Positions 48,376 to 60,771 of a stretch of DNA of 64,000 nucleotides are shown one piece after another (position 1 is the first letter of the stretch; every line of letters begins with the position of its first letter). The position numbers and the translations under genes were made by a program. Source of the DNA: Takakia lepidozioides. Taxonomy: Eukaryota; Plantae; Bryophyta. The notes below the pieces were generated by a model that searched no databases, was not told the origin of the DNA, and was given only the letters and a program-made list of their open reading frames with translations. The stretch covers positions 60,450,001 to 60,514,000 of the forward strand of contig CM060732.1 in assembly GCA_030704615.1 (NCBI GenBank). Direction: 5' to 3'.

Positions 48376-50960
48376 TGGCAACAAAGTTTTATCCAGGAGT
48401 TCGACAGCTGGTGTGATTTGCAGCAGATGCGCAATCCACAACTGTTCACTCCATTCATGGCGTGGAAGGGATTGTTCCAGCATTTGGAAAGCCCGCATAT
48501 GGACGATTACCAGGAGTTCAGGCGAGGACATGAAGCAGAGATTGAGGAGTGGAGGATGTATTGGTCACCTGACTACGTCTCCATTACTCGAGGCACAACG
48601 CGACCAGTAGCGGCATCAGCACCAATATCTCCCACGGCCAGCACTAGTAGTGGAACAAGTAGTGTCGGTACTTCTACAGAAGGTGCTACTACTCCTCTTG
48701 CCACGACTACAACACATGTGCCTAGATTCAACCCGGCGGTGAAGTTCTTCCAGGAGTTGCGGAGGAACTACCAAGGTGTACGGACAGAGAAGCTGCAAAG
48801 TTTGCAAGACTTCCAGCGCAAATCCAGTGAGGGCCTGCGAGAGGCCTACACTCGTATGAGGCGCTTGATAAGTGTAACCCAGGGGGTTACTGAAGCTCAG
48901 GCAATCCAGTTCTGGTATAGAATTTTGGACAAGGAGCTCAAGAGAAGGGTGCAGGATGCAACCCTGTCACAAGCAGCCCAACCCACATTAGCAGATGTTT
49001 CTGTTGGCTGAGCGGATTGAGCTCAACATGGTGGAGGAGCGAGTTGTTACCATTGAATTTGGCAAGGACATGCCTGCACGAGGCGCAGCTGCCAGCCGAC
49101 AGGCACAAGGGACTGCCCAACAGCGTGGTCAGGGGGGCAAGGTTCCCCAACCCAAATTCCATGGAACTTACAGAGGACCTCAGGTGCAGAGGCCAGTAGC
49201 ATCTTTTGCAACCCAACAGCAACCAGGGGTGATATGTTGGACATGTGGAGGACTTCATGTTAAGAAAGATTGCCCAGAGAGTGGCAAAAGGCCGGCACAA
49301 GCACAGCCTGCACAGTTGCATTGTGGGCATTGTGGCAAGTATGGGCATGGAGATGCCCAGTGTTATGACTTGCACCCTGAGTTGCGGCAAGGCCAGTTCC
49401 AAGGGAACTATGGTGCCCGAGGCGAGGTGGAGCACCTCAGAGAGGACGAGGTGGTCAGGCACGAGGTGTGGGACGAGGGCAAGCACAGTATGGCCAAGGA
49501 CGTGGAGGTCAGGGCGTTGACCAAGACATGGCCAACCGGCTTCAGCAACTAGAGCAAAGGCTTGCTGCCATGGCCACAGCTCAGGTGGTACCAGCTCCAA
49601 GACCTGAGGTCCACCTCCTATTCCTCCTCAGCAGCGTCATTCTAACGGAGGAGACATGGGATGCATGGGATTTATGTATGGGGCAACACTACCACTAATG
49701 CAGGTGGAGCCTACTGCAACCGTCACTCGAGGAGCAACACGAGTTCCTGAGCCACGAGGTGTAGAGGTGGAGTTAGATCCACAGCGTGGGGAGGCAAGCC
49801 ATCAGGCTAGGTTGCCTCAATCATTCATCTTGGGGGAGACAGTGTCGACGACATCCATGGCACCTAGTTCTCGTCCGACAAATACAGAGGCCGTTATTGT
49901 GCCGTTGGGGAGAGCTACACGTGCAGCACTGACACCTGCTACCAAGGCTAGTGCAGCCAGTGTGTTGTTGGGGGCAGCCACCTCTGTATGTCAAGCCCCA
50001 CTGTTCTCGGCAACCATGATTGCGACGCCGGGGGTAAGACCAGCTGCAGGGTTCAGACTAGCAGCAACACTCTGCGAGAATGGGGAGGTCACTTCATCTT
50101 CTGCGGAGTTAGTGGAAGGTGTAGTGGCAGAAGGATCCTCGGATTTGAGGGTCAAGACTGCCACGGCTGTGCCATGGCAAACTGCAGCTGCCAGGTTGAC
50201 GGAGCTGCCAGCTAGGCCAGCCTTTGAGCGCGCCATGGTGACACATGGAGGTCTTGTTAGACAACCAGGATGAATTTACTTTGAGTGGACCGGCAAGACA
50301 AGAGGTACCAGCCACTGCGGGTCTTGTTGGACTCGGGAGCTCAGCCACTGATGTTGGGCAAAGCTGCTATTGCAGGTTGGGGCCTCATGGAGGCGGGTAT
50401 GGAGCCTTGTCACTTCCAGATACAGACATCTCTGGGAGGATCAGAGCAGGCTCGGGGCATAACACGGCGTGAGTTGGCCATTAGACTACAGCCGGATCAT
50501 CCTATAGATGGCTCAATGATGCGAGCCAAGGCCATTGTGACAGATGCGGTCTCTTACGATGTCATCGTTGGTGGGGCAGAGTGTTATATCCCATGGGCTT
50601 CACCCTGGATTTGGGGAGGAAGTCAGCATCCTACAGGTCTGGATGGCAGTCAGGGGATGGTCGTCGTGTACAGCTCCCTGTGATATTCATTGGGGGTGTT
50701 GCTGATGCCCAGCGGGGCAAGATGCCAATACTAGCAGCCTTCACAGCTGCAGTTAATTGGCCTGGAGAGTTGCTGGAGGGCAATGCCCATGCAGAGGATG
50801 TGCCACCTCTAGCAGAGCAGGATGACATGTATGGTACGGCGGAGTTGCATGTCATGGTTGCTCACACTCCATTGTGGGGTACGAACAAGGATTTGCAGCA
50901 GGTGCTGATAGAAGGGGCAACAAGCCTGGGTAGAGGCCTTTGTACCGTCAGGAGATGAGG
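48376..50960 (+). pseudogene. gag (two zinc knuckles) and aspartic protease of the nested element, inside the inverted segment
   Basis: FIQEFDSWCD..LREAYTRMRRLI; CWTCGGLHVKKDC and CGHCGKYGHGDAQC; RVLLDSGAQPLMLG..YDVIVGG. Confidence 0.85.
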
Positions 50961-50968
50961 AGAATGCG

Positions 50969-51212
50969 GTGATTGCACTAGGACCACCTCAGTTGTCGCC
51001 ATTGGACACCACACCTCTTATGTGGCAGTGTCTGGATGAATGCATATGCCTTCTGGACTTGTTTGGCGGGATCAGCACTGGATTGGCTGCAGTGCTGCAC
51101 GCATGTGTACGAGTTCGACGTTACCTGTATGTGGAAAAGGATGAGACTGCACAAAGCGTCTCAGTGCGCCATGTTGCTCAGTTGGTGCAGCATCATCCAG
51201 CTCGATTGTGCC
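50969..51212 (+). pseudogene. C5-cytosine DNA methyltransferase, motifs I-II (inside the inverted segment)
   Basis: ICLLDLFGGISTGLAAVL..VRRYLYVEKDETA (SAM-binding motif I, acidic motif II), directly downstream of the protease region. Confidence 0.85.
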
Positions 51213-51214
51213 CA

Positions 51215-51463
51215 CAGCTCCAGAGTACATACGAGGCCCATTAGTAGCTCCATACATCTCCTCCATGTCGTCCCACAATAATGGGAAGAAAACTGCACAC
51301 CTGTTGATGAAGCCTCCGGGTCTATGTCAGACTCTACAGTAGTCGAGGGTGGAGGTGAAGGTGGTCTGAACCGAATACCTCGTCTTGTGAACCCACTCTC
51401 ACTGCTACTGCCTGTAGCCGTACTCCCCTCAACACCCTTGGGTAACTCCGTGATGACACTCAC
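51215..51463 (-). pseudogene. gag N-terminus of the nested element (outside the inversion)
   Basis: Low-complexity N-terminus, then WDDMEEMYGATNGPRMYSGAV, which joins QSFIQEFDSW across the breakpoint. Confidence 0.55.
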
Positions 51464-53044
51464 AACGTGCTCCTCCCCTACGTGACACTATAAGGCTCCA
51501 GTACTAAATCTAATAGTGACACGGGTGGGCACCTGTTGCAATTTAAGGGTCATATCCCAGTGACTCAGGGCACCTGCATCTGCATCCATCGCAAGAACTC
51601 CTATGGTTGGCTGGTCATCAACCCAGTCTCACCATAGAAGAAACATTGGTGGTCTTGCTGGTCATCACTCCAGCCTCACCACCGACGCATACTCTAGGAT
51701 TGACCGGTGATCAAATCCGGCCTAATCCCTATGAAAGCAAGCGCCCACACAAAACCAACATGGCCACATAGTCAAGCATGCAGGTGTTGGGGGGGATCCA
51801 AACACAAGAAATCAAAACATCAACATCCCCACACCAGAATCCATCTGCAGTGCTGATCCTGCAGAATATCCCAGCCCAAAACCCCGGACTGACTGGCCTC
51901 CACCAAGAGAGGCTTTGGCAACTACAAGTACAAAGTAATGGAAATAATAAAAAGAGGGAGGGGAAGAATAGAGGCCCGACCAAGCAAGATCTAATCCTGA
52001 TCTATGCTATCAATTGCCAGACTTCTCTCAAAGTGCCTAGCTCTGCATGATGGTAAGGTGTAGGAGGTATATCTATGTCCAGAAACCTGCCACTAACCTT
52101 GTCCTAAGCTACAGTAGCTCACTCGAACCAACCCTCCTCCTCTTTCTGCAGTAGAGACAAAGCACTACTTCCCTATCTCCGCTCACTTGAATACTAAAGA
52201 AAATAAGGTAGGGTCTGACAATCTCTCAACTCGAAAGCTTTGAGACGGATGCGAGTGTCCTCATTGCAAATGACTGCATCTCCTTCAAGCAAAACAAACT
52301 TGTCATTGCTAATGAACCCCCGCTCGTGGTTGCCTTGTGCAGAGCGTGTCCGGCTGCACCATGTCTGATTGCAAAAAACTTGTGTAGCTCCTGCTTCTCT
52401 GCTCCAGTACACCACGGCCTTGTGGCTGAACACCTTGGTCCCCGGGGCTGTCTTTGGCTGTGTTCCAAACCTAGCTTCCACCCACTTTGGTATTTCACCT
52501 ACAGCTGCAGAACTGCTTGCTCCAACAGAGTTCTGACTGTCCAAAGCAATATTGAGGCCCTCAACGCCAACTACAGCAGTTTATTGTCTATTATTAAAGC
52601 CTGACTCCCAGTATGCAATCAACTCGTCCAACTGCTCTTCACTCAAATCAGTCTGAGTTCCTTGAGAAACATAAATCTTGTCCCCTTGTGTGCACAGGCT
52701 AAGAGAATAGACCTGCCCTTCAATTACGTCCTCATTTCCCCCAGCCATACAAAGAGGACATCCCCAGATTTGTCTCTTATGTAGACCACAACAGGTTCTA
52801 GAAACAGAATTGTGGATCTTTCATAGCACACTCACACTCAAAAAATTCCATAGATTTTTAGCAGAGTCCGAAAAACTAAAACTAGATAGATAGATATCCC
52901 TTTTCTGCAGCTATCCCCCCAAAAACTGAGTCAAACGGAGTCCATTTGACAAAGTTATGACCAATTAGGCTCTAAATCATTTAAATTAGATCAAAAGGAT
53001 TTTTTATTTTTATTTTTATTTTTTTCAAATTTAAAAATTCAAAG

Positions 53045-53167
53045 GAAGGTGAAAAGTTCTTTGGAAACTTCCCCAATCCTTACATGAATGGACTTCTCCA
53101 CCTGGGTCATGCTTTCTCTCTGTGTAAGGTGGAGTTTGCATCTGCTTATCAGCATCTGAGAGGGCGG
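53045..53167 (+). pseudogene. Captured fragment of cytosolic leucyl-tRNA synthetase
   Basis: [40 protein letters not shown] (class I HIGH-type motif, eukaryotic LeuRS N-terminus). Confidence 0.88.
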
Positions 53168-53218
53168 CAAGAGAGGGCATACTGATTGCACAGAGTTGAA
53201 GGTTTGGCTTTAGGAGCT

Positions 53219-54282
<1,064 letters not shown>

Positions 54283-54842
54283 TGCTGGCACGGAGAGGAA
54301 AATCCTACGTTCATGCAGGAAGCAACAACCTGCCCCACAGCCCGCCTCATGGCTACCACTCTCCGGTGCATCGTCCGGCTCCTCTGTCTATCATCTTTCT
54401 TTATTGCTGCTACTTAACCTCATTCTCAGATATAACCACAGGTTGACAAAAATCGCAGCAACATCTCAAGCCTCCTATTCTGCTCCACTCGGCACACATA
54501 GCCAGTCTCAACTGCAGGCTCCCCGTGACCAAACTATATTATAATAGTGCTTAAAAACAAAAACATCATGTCTAGCTTAGCACTAGAAAACTAGATAGAG
54601 CATCTCTCTCGAGTGATTGAAAACTAAACTTACACTGTTGACACAAGGACATGAAATACAACACCATCACTCGTTAAACTAAGAGTCGAGCCAGGGGCAC
54701 CCCAAGCTATGGGGACTCCACCCCACAACATCCTATTCTCTCTTCATAAGCACACTCAAATTCTAAGCAGTGAAGGAGCTCGATCGTGCAGGCTCAACTC
54801 GAGAGATGAGCCGCACGACTGACGCTGTGAAGATAAGATGGT

Positions 54843-54871
54843 TCAGGTGTCAAGCTAAACTTGACACCTGA
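54843..54871. repeat. Perfect 12-bp-stem hairpin near the element end
   Basis: TCAGGTGTCAAG-CTAAA-CTTGACACCTGA. Confidence 0.9.
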
Positions 54872-54958
54872 CTTAATACTTGAACTAAATCCAAATGTTA
54901 AATATAAATAACTAGATTTATTCTAGTTAGTTTCACACTGTGTTTATTTAACTTGACA

Positions 54959-55320
54959 GCACGGTTCATTGGTCATTTTTCGATCATTAAACGTATTGGA
55001 GCAGTAGCATACAAGCTGGAGTTACCACCACATATAAAGATCCACCTGGTGTTTCACGTTTCTCTACTACGTTGTTACGAACCTCGACCATCAATATTCA
55101 AATATAATCAAGAACCACAACATTTACCAGAGTTGATAGACGAAAATGAAGAGTGAAAGGTCGACCGTGTTATGAAAAAACGCACATACAAACGAGGGCG
55201 ACATGAGGTGTTGGAGTATTTGGTTTTATGGAAAGGATTTCCATTATATGAAGCTATCTGAGAACCGATGCAAAATCTCGCAAATGCTCAATTGACAATT
55301 CAAGCTTTTGAAAATTCGAA
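54959..55320 (+). pseudogene. Chromovirus integrase C-terminus and chromodomain
   Basis: RFIGHF..AYKLELP..IHLVFHVSLL; EE*KVDRVM..EYLVLWKGFPLYEAI*EPMQNL. Confidence 0.88.
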
Positions 55321-55355
55321 CAACGAGGACGTTGCTTCTTGAAAGAAGGGAAGAT

Positions 55356-55692
55356 TGTAACATGGTAGAATCTAGAAGGTTCTAGATAGAGGATGAAAGT
55401 TCCCTAGAAGTTTTCAGAATAATTAGGAATGATCCTAAGAAGTTTGACTTAAGGAAGTTTGACTTGAGTCTCTCAAGTCAAACCTCTAAGATATTCATAT
55501 TATGGAGAATATGTCAAACCTAGGAAGGTTGACTTCAGGAAGCTTTGATTTGAAGCTCTCAAGTCAAACCTTTAAAATAATCATATTGTGAAGGGTATAT
55601 AAACCTGCAATGAAAGCCTAGAAGACATCGAGTTTTTGGGAAAAAGTTGAGAAGTACTTCTATTCTAGTTTGTGTAGATCCTGGGTGTTACA
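55356..55692 (+). repeat. 3' LTR of chromovirus
   Basis: Follows the PPT and is followed by the ATTTC TSD; ~50 bp shorter than the 5' LTR because of internal repeat-unit differences. Confidence 0.95.
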
Positions 55693-55884
55693 ATTTCAAT
55701 TCATTGCTCCAATCATTGTCCAGCGACCAAAAGTACTTGAAATTTGTTTAGCCATATCTAACCATTTTTTTCCACAGAGCCTACGACTAGATTTGAACCG
55801 GAGACCTTTCTCTTGATATCTCTCATGTCGAGGCTCCAACCATTGTCCCAGGAATGCCCACTTTGAAATATCCACTTTACTATT

Positions 55885-56455
55885 TTTTTGCGAATTTCCA
55901 GCGGCAAAAAATACTTGAAATTCCAAATCTCCCACATGAAGGGCCAATCATTGCTCAAGGAAAGCAGATGCAAAAAGAAATAATAAGAAGAAATAGATTC
56001 AAAGATTTCAAAGGTATGTATTTACATGAACTTCAACACATTTATTTCTTAAAGAAGGGAACGGACCAAAAAATCATTAATTTTTTTAATTTGAATTACT
56101 ATATAATTGGTACACAAAATATTATTTTCATCTTGGTCTTTAAATTTTTAATATTATCATAATTTTAACTTAAAAATTCAGATAATTATTATTTTATTCT
56201 ATTATATATATTAAATATAATTATAATGAATATTTACCCAAATCAATATATGAATCAAGAGGTTTGTTTTATTTTGTTTTTGTTTTGTTTGTAGCGTCAT
56301 TGAGATCTCCCAAACCGCGGGGCCCTAGCTCGGGTGCCTAGTGTTGTTGGAAAGCCCTCGACGAGGAGGGGTGCAACGGCTTCATCTCATGATTTTTGGA
56401 CTTGCGGCGTGGGAGATGTGAAATTTCAAGTATTTTTTATCATTGGAAATTCGAA
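55885..56455. repeat. Inverted pair of a dispersed repeat
   Basis: 55888-55935 is the imperfect reverse complement of 56410-56455 (GTGGGAGAT..AATTTCAAGTATTTTTT..GGAAATTCG). Confidence 0.7.
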
Positions 56456-57239
56456 TTTTAGGTGTATATTGTTCAAGTTTAGTAGAAATTATGGACTTAA
56501 ATCATCAAATTATAGTCATTCGACAACTTTTGAAGAATTTTGATAGGTTTGAATTCAGTTTAAGGTAAATTTAGACATTCAAAAGTCTATGAATAATAAT
56601 TATATATACAATCAATAAAAGTTTTTACCATAACAACAAATTAAAATGATTTCATTAATTTTATTGTAAGTATTTAGTAAATATTATTTTTTGGCATAAA
56701 TCCGTTCTCTGATCACAAAGAAACTTTGAGGCGGCCTAGCACATGAGACCTCATGTCACTCATGGAACTACTTCTAAGTCTCGAAATAGTCTACAAAAAA
56801 TAGCCAAACATTGTCATTTCAGAGGTATAGGATAATGTCTGTTGTCCGACGCTCCACATTTTCATGTATTTAGGTGAGAGATATCTCTCGTATGTGAGAC
56901 AGATATGATTACAATGCCAATGCCAATGATTACAATACCAAAACATGTCTATAGTAAGCTGGGACTACTCAAAATTTCAGTAATAGTTTTTATTTTTTTA
57001 TTTTTTATTTTAAGGGAAACACCTGGGAGCAACAGCTCACAAATCAGGCCCCTTGATAGTGAGTTTGTTACAACATCAATAATTAATAAGATATACAGAC
57101 ATACTAACATCCCTCGGTATAGGTTTTTATTAACATTCTTTAACTCATAAGTCTCAAAACCATAGTCTTGGGCGCACATACCCTGTTTATTTCATAAATA
57201 AAAATTAAAAGAAGACAAAAACATCTTGATTCTTCATTG

Positions 57240-58050
57240 AAACCAATTCACACCAACAGTTTGGCTCAAGTGCTAGAGCCCTTTGAAGAAAAGACTTGCA
57301 AGACGATTTTGTGAGGTTGGTCATTTTCTCGAACAAGCATTCACGTGCACCAAAGATACCAAAATTATGGCATTTGTCAGCTAGAGCTCTGACAAACAAC
57401 AGATTCCTCGTCATATCACGGACGTACAAAACATCAGTAATGTGCTTTATTTCACCATTTTGCAGTACATTGGTATGGCCCTTCCATTTATATAGTGATA
57501 TAGAATAAATATTTAGTCTTTCTGGTCCACTGTCTGATCCTACAAAATATGGATATGAAGTTTTATTTGGATTTTAATCATTAAAGTTAGAATGATGATA
57601 TGGGATGTGTATTGCATATTGTTATCCTCTATAAATAAAACTTCGGCTGTAGTTGTCGTTATCCAATGTCTGAATATATTTGGAGAATGAACATTACGAT
57701 CAAATTTAATTATTTATAATGGACAGTAAGACATATAATTAAATTTGCAGACTCCCGCACCATCAAATTTAGATGTCTAGACGGCTTCTTGTCGGCTTCA
57801 TTTAAATTTATATTTAATGGTCATTGGAAGAATGAGGAATCAATCAATATCACTCACTTCAAAAATTTGGAGCTCGTGTTTCATTTCTTCTTTCTCCGAG
57901 GCACTCTATCATGTTCTATTTCCGATTGTTTCCGGCATCCTCTTTGGCTTGCAATTGTATGCGACATGCCTGATCATGCATCTTTATACGTTGATGACAA
58001 TTCTATTCCATTCATATTAGGTATGGATGAAGGTGGGTTTGTCATTGTCG
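57240..58050 (-). pseudogene. Ty1/copia gag-pol remnant
   Basis: GEIKHITDVLYVRDMTRNLLFVRALADK, typical of the region after the copia protease; very degenerate. Confidence 0.55.
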
Positions 58051-58090
58051 CTGCAAAAGATGTAACACTAAGATTCAATCTTTTTTTTCA

Positions 58091-58515
58091 TGTTACGGAC
58101 ATAGCCCAGAAGCATCTAGCAAGAGCCCAGAAATTTCTAGAAACTTCCAACTTTCCAGAACATTCTAGAATATTCAAGTATTTTCTATGATATTCCAGAA
58201 CCTTTCAGAATCTTCCAGAACATTCTATAAATCCAAACCATCTAGTAAGCTCCATGGCGATAATGAAGTTTCTTAGGAAACATCACTTAGGTAGATAAGC
58301 TTCTCAAGAAATAACCTTTGGTTGGAGAAACTTCCTAAGAAAGTTCATAGGTAACTAGTATATATACAGGAGGCAGGAGGCGGGACAGGGAACTCCTCAG
58401 TCTCGCCAACACAAGTCTTGAGGTAGAAGTAGACTTTGCGCTTGACCTTGATCATGTACTCTCTTGATCTATAAATATCATCTTGATTTTTGCTTAAGCA
58501 TCGTGTCTTGCTCAG
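58091..58515 (+). repeat. LTR fragment of another retroelement family
   Basis: Starts TGTTACGG, has repeated TTCCAGAA/TTCTAGAA boxes and a TATATATA box; no matching end seen. Confidence 0.45.
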
Positions 58516-58970
58516 ACCCCATTGGCGGCCTACATATATATTTTTCTTTAATAAACCAAGACCGCCAAACTGGCGGTTTCGTTTTTTTTTATAAAAAAAT
58601 TTAAATATTGTTTTTAGATATGTCATCTCTGCTATCCAACATCTACCTATCCGAATTAATAGCAGGACGGCCATAGCTGGCGATCCCAATTTTCTTAAGG
58701 TTATTTTTTAATTTATTTTTGGATAAATTCGATACCGTCAGCTCTGGTGCTTCAATTTTTTTTTAATTTTTTTTAAATCAAAATTGACGATCCCAATCGG
58801 TGTGCGTCTGGCGGGAGCTAGACTAGTTGCTTTTCAATCTTTAAATATCTTGCTTGTTGTGATAATAAATTATTATATGAAATATTTTCAACAATTGAAA
58901 ATGACTGTGCAGAAGGAAGATGGTAGCGTACAATCAAATTTTTGTCAGACGAATTTATGTTGGTGACTCA

Positions 58971-59932
58971 CACTACAAGAGAAACTGGTTTTTTTTACAT
59001 CTTTTTTTTTACACCTGTAGGTGTAAAAAAACCACCTACTCACATCCCTTTGGGTGTAAGGTAAACCGTGTTGATTCCGCCACCCTATAGAAAAAGCCAG
59101 TGGTGTCGAAAAAGCCATCTTACATCCATTTATACCCTGACGTGACGCCCGGCCTGTCTGGTTTGTTGACATGGTTTTTTTTACATCCATTTTGATTGGC
59201 TTTTCTTACATTTGTTTCGACTGAAGTTTTTGACGGCTTATCTTACACCCTGCTTGACAATGTGGCGAATTCAAAATTCAAATTCAAATTTTAAAATTTA
59301 AATTTGGCCGTTCAAAAATTTGAAATATGCGTTGACCGTTGACCGCACACCATCCCACACATTACTAGACAATATACACTTGAACCTAAGACCTCCTCAT
59401 TATAACATCACTAAGTCACTATACACTAACCAACACATCTATTACACATACATGCACAACATAAGTGGTTTGATTGTATATAAATATAATAAACTTTGCA
59501 TTGTTGCATAATCCACACTAGTGTAAATTAAGCCCAGTAACATTTCTCACACCATGTCTAGTCAGCATGCTACCTCTGAGTCCCTTAATCGACGTGTACT
59601 ACCAATGTGACATAATTTACACTAGTGTAAAATAAACCCAGTAACCTTTCTCACACCATGTATAGTCAGCATGCCACATCATATAATTCCACCCCATTGT
59701 GTGGATCTCACACCGGTGTGAGATAAGCCTTGTACACTGTTGGATACCTTCTCGGTCAACAACCATTGACCACAAAATGTATGAGCTTGGTATATACTAG
59801 TCTACATGAAGCGGCTTCTCTTACACTGGCTCATTCTACATCATCAAAATTTTACAGGGGTGTAAAATTTTGTGTAAGAAAAATCAGGTGTGAACTACCC
59901 TTGTTGTAAGAAAAGCCAGGATCTTTGTAGTG
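58971..59932. mobile_element. Non-autonomous CACTA element (962 bp)
   Basis: TCA|CACTACAAG ... CTTTGTAGTG|TCA: CACTA TIRs, 3-bp TSD, subterminal TGTAA/TTACA repeats. Confidence 0.9.
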
Positions 59933-60771
59933 TCAGATGTGAAATATCTGAGAAATGACGGCCTACAATAGCCTGGCCACCTGGTGTAGAATCGGAAGAA
60001 CTCTACAATTGGCGCCGTATAAGCCTCCGGTCCGGGAGGGCCTACGTTTGCCGCGATCCAATCACCTCGATATTTCTCAACAATTCTAATGATCTTGCTC
60101 AAACATCAATGCGTGATTTTCCGCTGATCCTCGGAATTTCATTCTTCCAAATGGCATGAGGATATAGTGCGGTAATGTACCCCCAGGTGTAGTGTGGATC
60201 GGAAAGAAAAGAAGAGAAAACCAACATTAAATCTCATCGATAATATCTATATTCGTTTTTATAGAACTCGTCCATCATTACGATCAGGTTTTTTTAAATC
60301 CCTGGATCTTTGAATATGGCTAATATTGGGACAATCAGGGAACGTGGAATAATTTTCATTACTTCTTAATATCACGATATTCACTTTAATCATGTTTTAA
60401 TCACGAAAGACTATATTTGGAACAAATATCGAGTATAATAATAGTGCAAATTTTTTTTTTCGCATGCGAAATTCGGGGGTTGAATATCTGACAACTTAAT
60501 ATCTATATAGTCATACTAGGATACATACAATATATTCTTTATTATTAAATTGGATGTTCACATTGGTGGTGTTCTATATAAGTGTAGTGGGGAAGTGTTT
60601 CTCTCTTTCTCATATTGTCTTTGTGTTGAACATATTTAGTGAGATTAGAGTAATGAAGCGTTGGAGAGGCGAATCTTCATTTTCCTCAAAGAGACGCCCT
60701 TCTGAAGATAGAGAAGTGATTGTTCTATCTAAGAGTGACTCGGACTCTGAGTCAGACTAAGTGATGACAGA

